A DNA stretch of 64,000 nt from an uncultured Bacteroidales bacterium (GCA_945607565.1 CALYZD010000001.1:1-64000), one strand, 5' to 3'. Shown: positions 30,222-42,714, counted from the stretch's first letter. A program made the numbers and translations. The notes: a model not told the origin generated them from the sequence alone.

Positions 30222-31454
30222 TTAATTGAAAAACAGGTATCCGACGGCTATTGCCGCAACGACACCGGCCACGTCGGCCAGCAGGCCGCAGCCCACGGCA
30301 TGGCGCGTCTTCCGGATGCCGACCGAGCCGAAATAGACGGCAAGGATGTAGAAAGTGGTGTCGGCCGCACCCTGAAACATGCACGAGAGGCGGCCCACAA
30401 ACGAGTCGGCCCCGAAATTGTTCATGGCTTCGATCATCATTCCGCGCGCGCCGCTTCCGCTCAGAGGCTTCATGAAGGCCGTCGGCAGAGCCTCGACAAA
30501 ACTGGTGTCGAGTCCGCACAGCGCCACAAGCCACGAAATGCCGCCCACCACGCAGTCCATGGCGCCGCTGGCCCTGAAGACGCCAATCCCGACAAGAATG
30601 GCGACGAGAAACGGAATGATTTTGACCGCCGTCGCAAAGCCGCCTTTCGCGCCCTCGATGAATGCATCGTAGACGTTGATTCGTCTGAATGCCGCCGTTG
30701 TGATGAATGTCATGATGATGCCGAACAGAATGACGTTCGCGCCCACAGACGAAATCTTCTCGATGCGCTCGCTGTCCATCCCGCTCAGGGCGTAGAGCAG
30801 CGCCGCAATCGCAGCGGTGGCGCCGCCGATGTAGAGCATCACGGTCTTGTTGAACAGATTGATTTTCTGCATCACCGCCACTCCGACAATGCCGGCCAGG
30901 GTGGAGCAGAACGTGGCAATCAGTATCGGCACAAAGACGTCGGCCGGGTTGGCGGCGCCGTACTGCGCCCTGTAGGCCATGATTGTTATCGGGATGATTG
31001 TCAGCCCTGACGTGTTGAGAACCAGAAACATGATCTGCGCGTCGCTGGCGGTGTCGCTGTCGTGGTTGAGCTGCTGCATCTCCTTCATGGCCTTGAGCCC
31101 CATGGGCGTGGCGGCGTTGTCGAGCCCGAGCATGTTGGCCGACAGATTCATGACAATGCTGCCATAGACGGGATGATTTTTGGGAATGCCCGGAAAAATC
31201 TTGCAGAACAGCGGCGAAATCAGTTTTGCAATGATGTTGACCATCCCGCCCTTCTCGCCGATTTTCATTATCCCCATCCACAGCGTCAGGACGCCGGTCA
31301 GATACAGCGAAGTTTCGAATCCGGTCCTGGCCATGGCGAAAGTCGAGTTCATCATGTCGGAGAATACGGCCGTGTCGCCCAAAAAAATCAGTTTCACGAG
31401 GCCGGTGAGGAACGCAATGGCAAAAAATGCGATCCAGATATAGTTGAGTGCCAT
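30222..31454 (-). CDS. nucleoside-recognition (Gate) domain membrane protein, SpmA/SpmB-like fusion
   Basis: Two Gate-like halves, multi-TM. ORF-track start 31535 gives a non-hydrophobic 27-aa leader; internal M (MALNYIWIAFF) at 31454 preferred. Confidence 0.65.
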   Translation of the reverse strand: MALNYIWIAFFAIAFLTGLVKLIFLGDTAVFSDMMNSTFAMARTGFETSLYLTGVLTLWMGIMKIGEKGGMVNIIAKLISPLFCKIFPGIPKNHPVYGSIVMNLSANMLGLDNAATPMGLKAMKEMQQLNHDSDTASDAQIMFLVLNTSGLTIIPITIMAYRAQYGAANPADVFVPILIATFCSTLAGIVGVAVMQKINLFNKTVMLYIGGATAAIAALLYALSGMDSERIEKISSVGANVILFGIIMTFITTAAFRRINVYDAFIEGAKGGFATAVKIIPFLVAILVGIGVFRASGAMDCVVGGISWLVALCGLDTSFVEALPTAFMKPLSGSGARGMMIEAMNNFGADSFVGRLSCMFQGAADTTFYILAVYFGSVGIRKTRHAVGCGLLADVAGVVAAIAVGYLFFN

Positions 31455-31682
31455 GTCGCTTTTCGATGATTTTTGATTTGCGCAAAAGTAGGGCTTTATT
31501 CGATGCGAAATCTTGTTTGCCGCCGGCAGATTCACCGTTGCGCTGATTGCCCGTCGTGCCGGCGTCTGCCGCTAGCCGCGATGCCCCCGGAGCGTGGCCG
31601 GAGTGCCGCTTGCCGAAAGATAAACTTTGCAAAAAGTGATGCGTATCTAATTGAATGTTATTGTATTTTAGAACGGAATTAT

Positions 31683-31690
31683 TATCTTTG
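31683..31690 (+). promoter_or_regulatory. candidate -7 element (TAnnTTTG) for the str/ribosomal operon
   Basis: TATCTTTG, ~100 nt upstream of rpsL. Confidence 0.3.
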
Positions 31691-31793
31691 CAGCGCAATT
31701 TGTGCGGATTATGGCGGTATTGGAGGTGAAAGTCCGTGTATCGCATTATGATTCAAGCAGATACGAATTTAAAATTTATAGTTAAAATTTATT

Positions 31794-32201
31794 ATGCCAA
31801 CAATTCAACAGTTAGTTCGTAAAGGTCGTGCGAAGTTGGAGGACAAGAGTAAGTCTCCGGCTCTTGACGCATGTCCTCAGAGACGAGGCGTTTGTGTGCG
31901 TGTGTACACGACTACGCCTAAGAAGCCTAACTCTGCAATGAGAAAGGTTGCCAGAGTACGTTTGACCAATGGAAAGGAAGTGAACGCCTACATCCCGGGC
32001 GAGGGTCACAACCTGCAGGAACACTCGATCGTATTGGTTCGCGGTGGTCGTGTAAAGGACCTTCCGGGTGTTCGTTATCACCTGGTACGCGGTGCATTGG
32101 ACGCATCGGGCGTTGACGGAAGAAATCAGCGTCGTTCGAAGTATGGTACTAAACGTCCGAAAGCAGGCAAGGCTGGTGCAACCCCGGCAAAGAAAAAATA
32201 A
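31794..32201 (+). CDS. rpsL: 30S ribosomal protein S12
   Basis: [12 protein letters not shown]... PKKPNSA(L/M)RKV signature. Confidence 0.97.
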   Translation: MPTIQQLVRKGRAKLEDKSKSPALDACPQRRGVCVRVYTTTPKKPNSAMRKVARVRLTNGKEVNAYIPGEGHNLQEHSIVLVRGGRVKDLPGVRYHLVRGALDASGVDGRNQRRSKYGTKRPKAGKAGATPAKKK

Positions 32202-32313
32202 TTAAGTTTTGGTAATGGTTTTTGTTTGTCTGATGGAAATTTAGTTGAGTAAATGCGACGTGCATTGAAGACGGAGTTGACAGCTGATAATAAAAACTGA
32301 TAAACAAAGAGAA

Positions 32314-32790
32314 ATGAGAAAAGCTAAACCAAAAAAAAGAATTTTGTTGCCGGATCCCAAGTTTGGCGACACATTGGTAACACAGTTTGTTAACAACCTC
32401 ATGCTCGACGGCAAGAAGTCGATTGCATTTGGCATTTTTTATGACGCGTTGGATCTGGTGGCTCCCAAGGCTGAAAAAGAGGGCAAGCCGGCTCTGGAAT
32501 ATTTCAAGAAGGCTCTTGAAAACATCACGCCGACCGTCGAGGTCAAGAGCCGCCGCGTAGGTGGTGCGACCTTCCAGGTTCCGACCGAAATTCGTCCGGA
32601 GCGCAAGGTGTCTGTCAGCATCAAGAACATGATACTTTATTCCCGCAAGCGCTCGGGTCACTCGATGGCAGAAAAACTCGCTGCTGAAATTGTTGCTGCA
32701 TACAACATGGAAGGCGCAGCCTTCAAGAGAAAAGAGGATATGCACAAGATGGCGGAAGCTAACCGTGCATTCGCTCATTTTAGATTTTAA
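32314..32790 (+). CDS. rpsG: 30S ribosomal protein S7
   Basis: 158 aa S7 family. Confidence 0.95.
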   Translation: MRKAKPKKRILLPDPKFGDTLVTQFVNNLMLDGKKSIAFGIFYDALDLVAPKAEKEGKPALEYFKKALENITPTVEVKSRRVGGATFQVPTEIRPERKVSVSIKNMILYSRKRSGHSMAEKLAAEIVAAYNMEGAAFKRKEDMHKMAEANRAFAHFRF

Positions 32791-32811
32791 CTAAGATAAA
32801 GAACTATAATT

Positions 32812-34917
32812 ATGGCGGATTTAAAATATACGCGTAACATCGGTATTATGGCGCACATCGATGCTGGTAAGACAACAACTACAGAACGTATCTTGTTCTA
32901 TACCGGTATCACTCACAAGCTCGGTGAGGTTCACGACGGTGCTGCGACCATGGACTGGATGGAGCAGGAGCAGGAGCGTGGCATCACCATCACGTCGGCA
33001 GCCGTAACCGCGAATTGGAAGTATAAGGGGGAAACCTTCAAGATCAACATCATCGACACCCCGGGCCACGTCGACTTCACGGTCGAAGTGGAGCGCTCTC
33101 TCCGAATCCTCGACGGCGCAGTCGCATTGTTCTGCGCTGTTGGTGGCGTTGAGCCTCAGTCCGAAACCGTATGGCGTCAGGCCAACAAATACAACGTTCC
33201 TCGAATCGGATTCGTCAACAAGATGGACCGCAGCGGCGCAAACTTCTACGAAGTTGTCCGTCAGGTTCGTGAGGTGCTCGGTGCCAACCCCGTGCCCATC
33301 GTGATTCCGATCGGCGCCGAAGACTCGTTCACCGGCGTTGTCGACCTGATCGAAAACAAGGCAATGGTCTGGACCGACCACGACACTCTTGGCTCGACAT
33401 TCGAATATCTCGACGTTCCCGAGAACATGAAAGACGAAGTGGCTGAATGGAGAGGCAAGCTCGTTGAGGCCGTTGCCGAACACGACGAGGCTCTCATGGA
33501 GAAATTCTTCGAAGATCCCGATTCGATCACCAGCGAAGAATTGATTGCCGTTATCCGTAAGGCTACCATCGCTCAGACCATCACTCCTATGCTCTGCGGC
33601 TCTTCGTTCCGCAACAAGGGCGTTCAGCGTCTGCTCGATGCCGTCGTGACGTTCTTGCCGTCGCCTGTCGACATTCCGGCCGTTGAGGGCGTGGACCCTC
33701 ACACCGGCGAGCCGACATCGCGCGAGAACACCGAGAACGCACCTCTGGCAGCCTTGGCATTCAAGATCGCAACCGACCCGTTCGTAGGCCGTCTGGCATT
33801 CGTCCGTGTATATTCGGGCAAGATCGATGCCGGTTCGTATGTGCTTAACACCCGAACCGACAAGAAGGAGCGCATCGCACGCTTGTATCAGATGAAGTCG
33901 AACAAGCAGATTCCTATCGAGGTGATCGGTGCCGGCGACATCGGTGCGGCCGTTGGTTTCAAGGAAATCAAGACCGGCGATACACTTTGCGACGAAAATA
34001 ATCCTATCGTGCTCGAATCGATGGAGTTCCCCGAGCCCGTTATCGGCGTTTCGGTTGAGCCCAAGAGCCAGAAAGATATGGACAAGCTGACCAATGCGTT
34101 GATCAAGCTGTCGGAAGAAGACCCGACGTTCCGCTTCAAGACCGACGAGGAAACCGGTCAGACCGTTATTGAGGGCATGGGCGAGCTTCACCTCGACATC
34201 ATCATCGACCGTCTGCGTCGTGAGTTCAAGGTAGAGTGCAATCAGGGTCGTCCTCAGGTATCTTACCGCGAAGCCATCACCGGCGAAGTCGAACACCGCG
34301 AAGTGTTCAAGAAGCAGACCGGTGGTCGTGGTAAATTTGCCGACATCTACGTGCGAGTTGGTGTGCCCGACGAAGGCAAGACCGGTTTGCAGTTTGTGGA
34401 CGAAATCAAGGGCGGCAACGTGCCTCGCGAATACATTCCTTCGGTCGAAAAGGGCTTCAAGGATGCCATGAAGAACGGCGTTTTGGCCGGCTACGAAGTG
34501 GAGAACCTGAAAGTGACCCTGTTCGACGGTTCTTTCCACCCGGTCGACTCGGATGCGTTGTCGTTCGAAGTTGCAGCTCGTCAGGCATTCAAGGCGGCTT
34601 GCGCAAAGGCACATCCTATCCTGCTCGAGCCCATAATGCGAGTTGAGGTTGTCACACCCGAAGAATATATGGGTGACATTATCGGTGACCTTAACAAGCG
34701 TCGTGGTCAGGTAGAAGGCATGGAGGAAAAGAACGGTGCACGCGTAATCAAGGCTAAAGTGCCTTTGGCAGAAATGTTTGGTTATGTGACGGTTCTCCGT
34801 ACAATTTCTTCGGGCCGTGCAACCCAGTCGATGGAATTCTTGGAATATGCCGAGGTTCCGAAGCAGATTGCGCTCGAGGTTTTGAAAGAAGCCAAAGGCA
34901 AGACCGAACTTCTCTAA
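32812..34917 (+). CDS. fusA: elongation factor G
   Basis: G1 [10 protein letters not shown]3 DTPGHVDF; 701 aa. Confidence 0.97.
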   Translation: MADLKYTRNIGIMAHIDAGKTTTTERILFYTGITHKLGEVHDGAATMDWMEQEQERGITITSAAVTANWKYKGETFKINIIDTPGHVDFTVEVERSLRILDGAVALFCAVGGVEPQSETVWRQANKYNVPRIGFVNKMDRSGANFYEVVRQVREVLGANPVPIVIPIGAEDSFTGVVDLIENKAMVWTDHDTLGSTFEYLDVPENMKDEVAEWRGKLVEAVAEHDEALMEKFFEDPDSITSEELIAVIRKATIAQTITPMLCGSSFRNKGVQRLLDAVVTFLPSPVDIPAVEGVDPHTGEPTSRENTENAPLAALAFKIATDPFVGRLAFVRVYSGKIDAGSYVLNTRTDKKERIARLYQMKSNKQIPIEVIGAGDIGAAVGFKEIKTGDTLCDENNPIVLESMEFPEPVIGVSVEPKSQKDMDKLTNALIKLSEEDPTFRFKTDEETGQTVIEGMGELHLDIIIDRLRREFKVECNQGRPQVSYREAITGEVEHREVFKKQTGGRGKFADIYVRVGVPDEGKTGLQFVDEIKGGNVPREYIPSVEKGFKDAMKNGVLAGYEVENLKVTLFDGSFHPVDSDALSFEVAARQAFKAACAKAHPILLEPIMRVEVVTPEEYMGDIIGDLNKRRGQVEGMEEKNGARVIKAKVPLAEMFGYVTVLRTISSGRATQSMEFLEYAEVPKQIALEVLKEAKGKTELL

Positions 34918-34927
34918 AGAAAGAAAA

Positions 34928-34967
34928 ACAGTTACAGGTTAGCGAATGACTCTTAACCTGTAACTGT
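34928..34967 (+). promoter_or_regulatory. perfect 14-bp hairpin in the fusA-rpsJ spacer (candidate str-operon terminator / S10-leader attenuator)
   Basis: ACAGTTACAGGTTA-gcgaatgactct-TAACCTGTAACTGT, followed by an AT-rich stretch and the rpsJ ATG at 34997. Confidence 0.4.
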
Positions 34968-34996
34968 ATAATTAATTAATAATCAATTAAATTACA

Positions 34997-35302
34997 ATGA
35001 GTCAAAAAATCAGAATCAAACTGAAATCTTACGATCACAACTTGGTTGACAAGTCGGCCGAGAAAATCGTCAAGACGGTGAAAAGCACGGGTGCTGTTGT
35101 CAGCGGTCCTATTCCTCTGCCGACCAACCGCCGCATTTTTACAGTGCTTCGTTCGACATTCGTTAACAAGAAGTCGCGTGAGCAGTTCCAACTTTCGTCT
35201 TACAAGCGTCTTATCGACATCTACAGCTCGACGGCAAAGACAATTGACGCTTTGATGAAACTTGAATTGCCGAGCGGCGTAGAAGTTGAGATTAAGGTAT
35301 AA
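34997..35302 (+). CDS. rpsJ: 30S ribosomal protein S10
   Basis: [14 protein letters not shown]... Confidence 0.97.
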   Translation: MSQKIRIKLKSYDHNLVDKSAEKIVKTVKSTGAVVSGPIPLPTNRRIFTVLRSTFVNKKSREQFQLSSYKRLIDIYSSTAKTIDALMKLELPSGVEVEIKV

Positions 35303-35345
35303 GTTTATCAGAAGATTATTCATTTAATATTTATTTAATTAAGCA

Positions 35346-35963
35346 ATGCCAGGATTAATTGGAAAGAAAATCGGAATGACATCCGTTTTCAGTGCCGATG
35401 GAAAGAACATTCCATGCACTGTTATCGAAGCTGGCCCTTGCCATGTTACTCAGATCAAATCTGTGGAAATCGATGGCTATGAAGCTGTTCAGCTGGCTTA
35501 TGACGAAAAGAAAGAGAAAAACACCCCTGCTCCGTTGAAGGGTCACTTCAAGAAGGCGGGTGTTGCTCCGGCAAGAAAACTTGTTGAGTTCAAAGAGTTC
35601 GAGACCGAACTGAATTTGGGCGATGCAGTAACCGTGGATATCTTCGAGGAAGACACTTTTGTCGACGTCGTAGGTATTTCGAAGGGAAAAGGTTTTCAGG
35701 GCGTCGTAGGTCGCTATGGCTTTGGCGGTGTAGGTGGCCAGACTCATGGTCAGCATAACCGCCTGAGGGCTCCTGGATCTGTTGGTGCATCATCTTATCC
35801 TTCGCGAGTGTTCAAGGGCATGAGGATGGCTGGCCGTACCGGTGGTGACAGAGTAAAGGTTGAAAACCTTAGAGTGATTAAAGTGATTCCCGAAAGCAAC
35901 CTTCTTATCGTTAAGGGTTCTGTTCCGGGATGTAAGGGTTCATACTTAATTATTGAAAAATAA
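35346..35963 (+). CDS. rplC: 50S ribosomal protein L3
   Basis: [15 protein letters not shown]... Confidence 0.97.
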   Translation: MPGLIGKKIGMTSVFSADGKNIPCTVIEAGPCHVTQIKSVEIDGYEAVQLAYDEKKEKNTPAPLKGHFKKAGVAPARKLVEFKEFETELNLGDAVTVDIFEEDTFVDVVGISKGKGFQGVVGRYGFGGVGGQTHGQHNRLRAPGSVGASSYPSRVFKGMRMAGRTGGDRVKVENLRVIKVIPESNLLIVKGSVPGCKGSYLIIEK

Positions 35964-36592
35964 TGGAACTGAACGTATTAAACAAAGAAGGAAAAGAAAC
36001 CGGAAGAAAGGTTGTTTTGCCGGACGCAATTTTCGGTGTAACGCCGAGCGACCATGCAATATATTTGGACGTGAAGCAGTACATGGCGAACAATCGTCAG
36101 GGAACTCACAAGTCGAAGGAGCGTAACGAAGTTGCCGGCAGTACGCGCAAGATCAAAAAGCAGAAAGGCACTGGCGGTGCTCGTGCAGGCGCTTTGAAAT
36201 CTCCGGTATTTGTCGGTGGCGGCCGCGTGTTCGGTCCTCGTCCGCGCAACTACTCGTTTAAGTTGAACAAGAAGCTGAAAGATCTGGCACGCAGGTCGGC
36301 TTTGAGCTACAAGGCTCAGGAACAGTCGATTCTGGTCGTTGAAGATTTCGCTTTCGAAGCACCAAAGACAAAGGATTTCGTTGCATTCAGAAACAACTTG
36401 AACTTGCAAGATTCTCGTTCGCTGTTTGTATCTGCCGAGGCAAACACGAATTTGTATCTGTCGTCTCGAAATGTGCAGAAGTGCGAGACCACTACGGTTT
36501 CGGAATTGAACACCTATAATGTGGTCAAAGCCAAGACCATCGTTTTGTTCGAGAGCGCAGTATCTGAATTTGGTAAACTTGTAAATGCTTGA
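35963..36592 (+). CDS. rplD: 50S ribosomal protein L4
   Basis: TAATG overlap with rplC; L4 family. Confidence 0.95.
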   Translation: MELNVLNKEGKETGRKVVLPDAIFGVTPSDHAIYLDVKQYMANNRQGTHKSKERNEVAGSTRKIKKQKGTGGARAGALKSPVFVGGGRVFGPRPRNYSFKLNKKLKDLARRSALSYKAQEQSILVVEDFAFEAPKTKDFVAFRNNLNLQDSRSLFVSAEANTNLYLSSRNVQKCETTTVSELNTYNVVKAKTIVLFESAVSEFGKLVNA

Positions 36593-36602
36593 GGAATAGG
36601 TC

Positions 36603-36893
36603 ATGAGTGTAATAGTAAAACCATTAGTCACTGAAAAGATGAATGGCCTTAGCGACAAGCAGAACCGTTACGGTTTTGTAGTATCTAAGGATGCCAATAA
36701 AATTGAAATCAAGAAAGCCGTAGAAAAGCTCTACAACGTCAAGGTTGTGAGCGTTAATACATTGATAGCTCCGGCAAAACGCAAGAGCCGTTATACGAAG
36801 GCTGGTATAATCAACGGACGCGTTCCATCGTACAAGAAGGCGTTGGTAACGGTAGCTGCAGGCGAAAAAATTGATTTTTATAGCAATATCTAA
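36603..36893 (+). CDS. rplW: 50S ribosomal protein L23
   Basis: 96 aa L23 family. Confidence 0.95.
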   Translation: MSVIVKPLVTEKMNGLSDKQNRYGFVVSKDANKIEIKKAVEKLYNVKVVSVNTLIAPAKRKSRYTKAGIINGRVPSYKKALVTVAAGEKIDFYSNI

Positions 36894-36898
36894 TAGAA

Positions 36899-37723
36899 AT
36901 GGCAGTTAGAAAGTTAAAGCCCACAACACCGGGGCAGAGAAACAAAATTATTGGCACATTTGACACGATTACGTCAAGTACGCCAGAAAAGTCCTTGTTG
37001 CGTCCGTTGAAGAAAACGGGTGGTCGCAACAACACCGGCAAGATGACAATGCGTTATATCGGCGGTGGTCACAAGAGGAAATATAGAGTAATCGACTTCA
37101 AACGTAATAAGGACGGTGTTCCAGCAAAGGTGGAATCAATCCAGTACGATCCCAACCGCAGCGCTCGTATAGCTTTGCTGGTCTACGAGGATGGGGAGAA
37201 GCGTTATATTCTGGCTCCTAATGGTCTGCAAGTGGACCAGACGGTCATGTCTGGTTCGGGCGTAGCTCCCGATTTGGGTAACACATTGCCCTTGGCAGAG
37301 ATGCCGCTGGGTACAATTATCCACAACATCGAGTTGCGTCCGGGACAGGGCGGAATATTGGCACGCAGTGCCGGTTCTTTTGCTCAGTTGTCTGCTCGTG
37401 AAAATGGTTACGCAGTTATCAAGTTGCCTTCGGGTGAATTGAGAATGATTTTGACGACATGCCGTGCAACGGTCGGTGCAGTCGGCAATTCGGATCATGC
37501 GTTGGAAAAATCCGGAAAAGCAGGTCGTTCGAGATGGCTTGGTCGCCGTCCGCGAGTTCGTGGCGTAGTGATGAACCCTGTCGATCACCCGATGGGTGGT
37601 GGCGAAGGTCGTGCATCAGGTGGCCATCCGAGATCGCGTAAGGGCTTGTTGGCAAAGGGTTATAAGACAAGAAGTCCGAAGAAGAGTACTTCAAAATTCA
37701 TTCTTGAAAGACGTAAAAAATAA
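36899..37723 (+). CDS. rplB: 50S ribosomal protein L2
   Basis: GGGHKRKYR, 274 aa. Confidence 0.97.
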   Translation: MAVRKLKPTTPGQRNKIIGTFDTITSSTPEKSLLRPLKKTGGRNNTGKMTMRYIGGGHKRKYRVIDFKRNKDGVPAKVESIQYDPNRSARIALLVYEDGEKRYILAPNGLQVDQTVMSGSGVAPDLGNTLPLAEMPLGTIIHNIELRPGQGGILARSAGSFAQLSARENGYAVIKLPSGELRMILTTCRATVGAVGNSDHALEKSGKAGRSRWLGRRPRVRGVVMNPVDHPMGGGEGRASGGHPRSRKGLLAKGYKTRSPKKSTSKFILERRKK

Positions 37724-37741
37724 CCGCGTAAATAAACGAAT

Positions 37742-38011
37742 ATGAGTAGATCATTAAAAAAAGGCCCATATATCAACCTGAAGTTGGAAAAGAAGGTTCT
37801 TGCCATGAACGAAAGCGGCAAGAAATCGGTGGTAAAAACTTGGGCCAGGGCATCCATGATATCTCCGGATTTCGTGGGTCATACTGTTGCCGTTCACAAT
37901 GGTAACAAGTTTATTCCCGTTTATATCACCGAGAATATGGTAGGGCACAAGCTTGGAGAATTTGCTCCGACGCGTACATTCCGCGGTCATAGTGGCAATA
38001 AGAAAAAGTAA
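37742..38011 (+). CDS. rpsS: 30S ribosomal protein S19
   Basis: [10 protein letters not shown]...GHKLGEF. Confidence 0.97.
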   Translation: MSRSLKKGPYINLKLEKKVLAMNESGKKSVVKTWARASMISPDFVGHTVAVHNGNKFIPVYITENMVGHKLGEFAPTRTFRGHSGNKKK

Positions 38012-38045
38012 GCCCTGATTATTAATTCTTTTAAAACGAAAAAAA

Positions 38046-38459
38046 ATGGGCGCAAGAAAAAAACATAGTGCTGACGCAAGAAAAGAAGCGAAGAAGACAA
38101 TGTATTTCGCATCGCTTCGCAATGTACCCACTTCACCTCGTAAGATGCGTTTGGTTGCAGATATGATTCGAGGTAAGGAGGTTAACCACGCACTTGATTT
38201 GCTGAAATTCTCGACCAAGGAAGCTGCCGGTCGTCTCGAAAAATTGTTGCTGTCGGCAATTGACAACTGGAAGCAGAAGAACGAGGATGCACGAATCGAA
38301 GATGCAAACCTTTATGTGAAGACAATTAGCGTAGATTCGGGTCGAATCCTGAAACGTCTTAGACCGGCTCCTCAGGGCCGCGGTCACCGCATCAGAAAAA
38401 GATCGAATCATGTGACATTGTTCGTTGATAGCAAAGTATCTGAAAACCAAGAAAATTAA
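38046..38459 (+). CDS. rplV: 50S ribosomal protein L22
   Basis: 137 aa L22 family. Confidence 0.95.
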   Translation: MGARKKHSADARKEAKKTMYFASLRNVPTSPRKMRLVADMIRGKEVNHALDLLKFSTKEAAGRLEKLLLSAIDNWKQKNEDARIEDANLYVKTISVDSGRILKRLRPAPQGRGHRIRKRSNHVTLFVDSKVSENQEN

Positions 38460-38469
38460 ACACGAGCAA

Positions 38470-39210
38470 ATGGGACAAAAAGTTAATCCGATAAGTAACA
38501 GACTTGGTATAACACGCGGATGGGATTCGAGTTGGTTCGGTGGCAAGAACTACGGCGACAAGATTCTCGAAGATTCGAAGATTCGAAAATACCTTAATGC
38601 TCGTTTGGCAAATGCAAGCATCTCGAGGATTGTGATCGAAAGAACTTTGAAGCTGATAACAATTACTGTTTTCACTTCGAAGCCCGGTATCATAATCGGC
38701 AAAGGTGGCCAGCAGGTTGACAAACTGAAAGAAGAGTTAAAGAAAATTACGGAAAAGGATGTTCAGATCAACATTTTTGAAGTAAAGCGTCCTGATCTTG
38801 ATGCGGTGATCGTTGCCAACAACATCGCCCGCCAGTTGGAGGGCCGTGTGGCTTACCGTCGTGCAATCAAAACTGCCATTGCATCGACAATGCGCAGCAA
38901 CGCTGAAGGCATCAAGATCCAGATCTGTGGTCGTCTGAACGGAGCCGAGATGGCTCGCAACGAGATGTTCAAAGAGGGCAGAACGCCTCTTCACACTCTG
39001 CGTGCAGACATTGATTATTCGCAGGCCGAAGCTCTTACCAAGATGGGTGTAATCGGCATCAAGGTATGGATTTGCAAAGGCGAAGTTTACGGCAAGCGTG
39101 ATTTGACCTTGAATCTTGGCGCTTCGAAAGAGCCGACCTCTTTTGGCGGTTCGCAGAAGCCGGGTCGTTCGGGTAACGACAGAGGATTCGGAAACAGAAA
39201 GAAAAAGTAA
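38470..39210 (+). CDS. rpsC: 30S ribosomal protein S3
   Basis: [13 protein letters not shown]... KH domain. ORF-track start 38425 overlaps rplV; ATG at 38470 preferred. Confidence 0.95.
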   Translation: MGQKVNPISNRLGITRGWDSSWFGGKNYGDKILEDSKIRKYLNARLANASISRIVIERTLKLITITVFTSKPGIIIGKGGQQVDKLKEELKKITEKDVQINIFEVKRPDLDAVIVANNIARQLEGRVAYRRAIKTAIASTMRSNAEGIKIQICGRLNGAEMARNEMFKEGRTPLHTLRADIDYSQAEALTKMGVIGIKVWICKGEVYGKRDLTLNLGASKEPTSFGGSQKPGRSGNDRGFGNRKKK

Positions 39211-39231
39211 TCATCTTTAACTTTAGGAACG

Positions 39232-39663
39232 ATGTTACAACCAAGAAAAGTAAAATACAGAAGGCCGCAAAAGGGCAAGGCTAAGGGCGTGGCCCACAGA
39301 GGTTACGAACTGGCTTTCGGCTCTTTCGGCATCAAGGCCCTGCAGACCAAATGGATTACGGGCCGACAGATAGAAGCTGCGCGTATAGCCGTGACACACT
39401 ATATGCAGCGTCAGGGACAGATATGGATCCGCATTTTCCCGGATAAGCCTATAACCAAGAAGCCTGCCGACGTCCGCATGGGTAAAGGTAAAGGTAATCC
39501 CGAGGGCTACGTAGCGCCTGTTACTCCGGGCCGCATACTCATCGAGTGCGAGGGCGTTTCTTACGATATCGCAAAGGAGGCATTGCGCTTGGCCGCCCAG
39601 AAGTTGCCAATCACAACCAAATTCGTTGTCCGCAGAGATTATGTTGAATCTTCAAATATTTAA
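39232..39663 (+). CDS. rplP: 50S ribosomal protein L16
   Basis: [15 protein letters not shown]... Confidence 0.97.
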   Translation: MLQPRKVKYRRPQKGKAKGVAHRGYELAFGSFGIKALQTKWITGRQIEAARIAVTHYMQRQGQIWIRIFPDKPITKKPADVRMGKGKGNPEGYVAPVTPGRILIECEGVSYDIAKEALRLAAQKLPITTKFVVRRDYVESSNI

Positions 39664-39665
39664 GG

Positions 39666-39863
39666 ATGAAAGCAGCAGAAATTAAAGGAATGACTATTGC
39701 TCAGATCGAAGAGAAAATCGCAGCCGAAACTGCCAATCTTTCTCAGATGAAGCTGGCACACGTGATCTCCCCGATAGAGAATCCTATGAAGATTCGTCAG
39801 ACCCGCAGGGACATAGCACGTTTATTGACCATCTTGCGTCAAAAGCAATTAACCGAAAAATAA
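39666..39863 (+). CDS. rpmC: 50S ribosomal protein L29
   Basis: 65 aa, [10 protein letters not shown]... Confidence 0.95.
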   Translation: MKAAEIKGMTIAQIEEKIAAETANLSQMKLAHVISPIENPMKIRQTRRDIARLLTILRQKQLTEK

Positions 39864-39871
39864 GTAGAGAG

Positions 39872-40129
39872 ATGGAAGAAAGAAATCTTAGAAAGGAACG
39901 TGTCGGTATCGTAGTGAGCGACAAGATGGACAAGTCCATCGTGGTTGCAGTCGTGATCCGTGAGAAGCACCCTATATATGGTAAATTCGTCCAGAAGACG
40001 AAGAAGTTCCATGCGCATGATGAGAAAAACGATTCGCACGAGGGCGACACGGTTCGCATAATGGAGACCCGCCCTTTGAGCAAAACCAAACGTTGGAGAT
40101 TAGTAGAAATCATCGAAAGGGCTAAGTAA
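39872..40129 (+). CDS. rpsQ: 30S ribosomal protein S17
   Basis: 85 aa; [14 protein letters not shown]. Confidence 0.95.
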   Translation: MEERNLRKERVGIVVSDKMDKSIVVAVVIREKHPIYGKFVQKTKKFHAHDEKNDSHEGDTVRIMETRPLSKTKRWRLVEIIERAK

Positions 40130-40131
40130 TC

Positions 40132-40497
40132 ATGATACAGACAGAATCGAGACTTATAGTAGCAGACAACAGCGGCGCAAAGGAAGTGCTCTGCATCCAT
40201 GTTCTGGGCGGATCATTCAAGCGTTACGCCTCGATCGGCGACCGCATTGTTGTGACTGTGAAGAACGCTTTGCCTTCGAGCGAAATGAAGAAAGGTACGG
40301 TTAGTAAGGCTGTTGTGGTCCGTACCAAAAAAGAGATCAGACGTGCGGACGGCTCGTATATCCGCTTCGACGACAATGCTTGCGTATTGTTGAACAATGC
40401 CGGTGAAATGAGAGGTACACGTATCTTCGGCCCGGTTGCTCGCGAATTGCGCGACGGTTATATGAAGATCGTATCGTTGGCGCCTGAAGTAATTTAA
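40132..40497 (+). CDS. rplN: 50S ribosomal protein L14
   Basis: [17 protein letters not shown]... Confidence 0.97.
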   Translation: MIQTESRLIVADNSGAKEVLCIHVLGGSFKRYASIGDRIVVTVKNALPSSEMKKGTVSKAVVVRTKKEIRRADGSYIRFDDNACVLLNNAGEMRGTRIFGPVARELRDGYMKIVSLAPEVI

Positions 40498-40514
40498 ATT
40501 TAAGATTTTACAAA

Positions 40515-40832
40515 ATGGCAAAATTGCATATTAAGAAAGGCGATACCGTAGTCGTAAACGCAGGCGGTTTCAAGGGCAAGGAGGGCAAAGTCCTCTCGGT
40601 CGACCCGAAGAATCAGTGTGCAATAGTCGAGGGTTTGCACATGGTGAGCAAGCATACCAAACCAAACTCGGCAAATCCCAACGGCGGCATCGTTAAGCAG
40701 GAAGCTCCGATTCATATTTCGAATTTGAATGTGAAGGACGAGAAAACTGGCAAGGGCACAAGAATTGGCCGTCGCCTTGAGAACGGAAAATTGGTTAGAT
40801 ATTCAAAAAAATCAGGGGAGGAGATTAAATGA
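40515..40832 (+). CDS. rplX: 50S ribosomal protein L24
   Basis: KOW motif [21 protein letters not shown]. Confidence 0.95.
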   Translation: MAKLHIKKGDTVVVNAGGFKGKEGKVLSVDPKNQCAIVEGLHMVSKHTKPNSANPNGGIVKQEAPIHISNLNVKDEKTGKGTRIGRRLENGKLVRYSKKSGEEIK

Positions 40833-41383
40833 GCTACGTACCGTCATTGAAAACCAAATACAAAGAGCAGGTCGTGCCTGCTCTTATGAAGGAATTTGGC
40901 TATACAACAGTCATGCAGGCTCCGAAACTCGAAAAGATTGTTTTGAATCAGGGTCTGGGCGAAGCCACTGCCGACAAGAAGATCATCGAAATCGCACTGA
41001 AGGAGATGGCTATGATCAGTGGTCAGAAAGCCGTCGCTACCTTGTCCAAGAAAGACATCGCTGGTTTTAAGGTGCGCAAGAAGATGCCTATCGGCGTCAA
41101 GGTGACTCTGCGTCGCGAGAAGATGTATGAGTTCCTCGAACGTCTTATCAAGGTGTCGCTTCCTCGCATCCGCGACTTCAACGGCATAGCCGGAAAGTTT
41201 GACGGCCGGGGCAATTACACTCTTGGTGTCACCGAGCAGCTCATTTTCCCTGAAATAAATCTTGATCAGGTTAATAAAATTCAGGGTATGAATATTACTT
41301 TTGTGACGTCGGCAAAAACCGACGAGGAGGCTTATGCGCTTCTCAAGGAGTTTGGATTACCGTTCAAAAATTCTAAAAAATAA
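40829..41383 (+). CDS. rplE: 50S ribosomal protein L5
   Basis: 184 aa L5 family; 4-nt overlap with rplX. Confidence 0.95.
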   Translation: MSYVPSLKTKYKEQVVPALMKEFGYTTVMQAPKLEKIVLNQGLGEATADKKIIEIALKEMAMISGQKAVATLSKKDIAGFKVRKKMPIGVKVTLRREKMYEFLERLIKVSLPRIRDFNGIAGKFDGRGNYTLGVTEQLIFPEINLDQVNKIQGMNITFVTSAKTDEEAYALLKEFGLPFKNSKK

Positions 41384-41396
41384 TTTCTAAGTAAGC

Positions 41397-41666
41397 ATGG
41401 CAAAAGAATCAATGAAGGCTCGCGAGGTAAAGAGAGCCAAACTTGTTGCCAAATACGCAGAAAAGAGAGCAAAGTTAAAAGCTGAGGGCGACTATGTTGC
41501 TCTTCAGCTTTTACCTAAAAACTCTTGTCCTGTCCGCATGCACAACCGTTGCAAGCTGACTGGCCGTCCCAAAGGGTATATGCGTCAATTTGGCATTTCT
41601 CGTATTGTTTTTCGTGAATTGGCCTCCAACGGTCTGATTCCCGGCGTTAAGAAAGCAAGTTGGTGA
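41397..41666 (+). CDS. rpsN: 30S ribosomal protein S14 (long, zinc-independent type)
   Basis: 89 aa; only two Cys, so no CxxC...CxxC zinc ribbon. Confidence 0.9.
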   Translation: MAKESMKAREVKRAKLVAKYAEKRAKLKAEGDYVALQLLPKNSCPVRMHNRCKLTGRPKGYMRQFGISRIVFRELASNGLIPGVKKASW

Positions 41667-41722
41667 GAAAATAGTGTTAAATATTGTCGCGGTTTCGCGA
41701 TCAATTTAAACTAATTATTAAT

Positions 41723-42121
41723 ATGGTTACAGATCCAGTATCAGATTTCCTGACACGAATCAGGAATGCCATTATGGCAAAACACAGGGTGGTAGAAATA
41801 CCTGCTTCGAACCTGAAGCGTAATATCACCAAAATTCTTTTCGAAAAGGGTTATATCCTGAACTACAAGTTTATTGACGACAACAAGCAGGGCATCATCA
41901 AGATTGCCTTGAAGTATGACCAGGCCACAAAGTGCCCGGCAATAAACGTTTTGAAACGAGTAAGTACTCCGGGTTTGCGCAGCTACACCGGCTATCGCGA
42001 AATGCCCCGAGTTCTGAATGGTTTGGGTATTGCCATCGTATCGACCTCCAAGGGTGTGATGACTGACAAGGAAGCTCGCACTGAGAAGGTCGGCGGCGAA
42101 GTATTGTGTTACGTTTACTAA
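41723..42121 (+). CDS. rpsH: 30S ribosomal protein S8
   Basis: [16 protein letters not shown]... ORF-track TTG start 41684 replaced by the conserved ATG. Confidence 0.95.
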   Translation: MVTDPVSDFLTRIRNAIMAKHRVVEIPASNLKRNITKILFEKGYILNYKFIDDNKQGIIKIALKYDQATKCPAINVLKRVSTPGLRSYTGYREMPRVLNGLGIAIVSTSKGVMTDKEARTEKVGGEVLCYVY

Positions 42122-42139
42122 AAAGAGGAGGAATCAGAA

Positions 42140-42694
42140 ATGTCAAGAATCGGTAAATTACCTATCGCAATTCCTTCGGGTGTAAACGTTAGCGTTGATA
42201 ACAACAACGTCGTTACAGTAAAAGGTCCTAAAGGAGAATTAAAGCAGGCTGTCAATGCCGACATTAAGGTTTCTATCGAAGATGGTCATGTGCATGTTAC
42301 GCGCCCGACTGACGATAAGGAACATCGAGCTTTGCACGGTTTGTATCGTGCTTTGATCAACAATATGGTTGTGGGTGTGTCGCAGGGCTTCAAGGTACAG
42401 TTGGAGCTGGTTGGCGTCGGTTACCGTGCGACCTCTAATGGTCAGTTGCTTGATTTGGCATTGGGCTATTCTCACGCAATATGCATGCAGTTGCCTTCTG
42501 AGATAAAAGTAGAAGCTGTTACTGACCGCAAGAGCAATCCGATCATCACTCTGGAAACTGCAGACAAGCAGCTTCTCGGTCAGGTTTGCGCAAAAATCCG
42601 CTCATTGCGTATGCCGGAGCCCTACAAAGGCAAGGGCATCAAGTTTGTGGGTGAAGTTATTCGTCGCAAAGCAGGTAAATCAGCAAAAGTTTAA
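42140..42694 (+). CDS. rplF: 50S ribosomal protein L6
   Basis: MSRIGKLPIAIPSGV... Confidence 0.97.
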   Translation: MSRIGKLPIAIPSGVNVSVDNNNVVTVKGPKGELKQAVNADIKVSIEDGHVHVTRPTDDKEHRALHGLYRALINNMVVGVSQGFKVQLELVGVGYRATSNGQLLDLALGYSHAICMQLPSEIKVEAVTDRKSNPIITLETADKQLLGQVCAKIRSLRMPEPYKGKGIKFVGEVIRRKAGKSAKV

Positions 42695-42714
42695 TCTGAT
42701 TAACTATTAGAATT

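Noticed and set aside
31473-31751. 92-aa ORF in the rpsL leader region
   Set aside because: Cys/Arg-rich, no homology pattern; it overlaps the likely str-operon promoter and a GC-rich structured segment, and is most likely non-coding leader.
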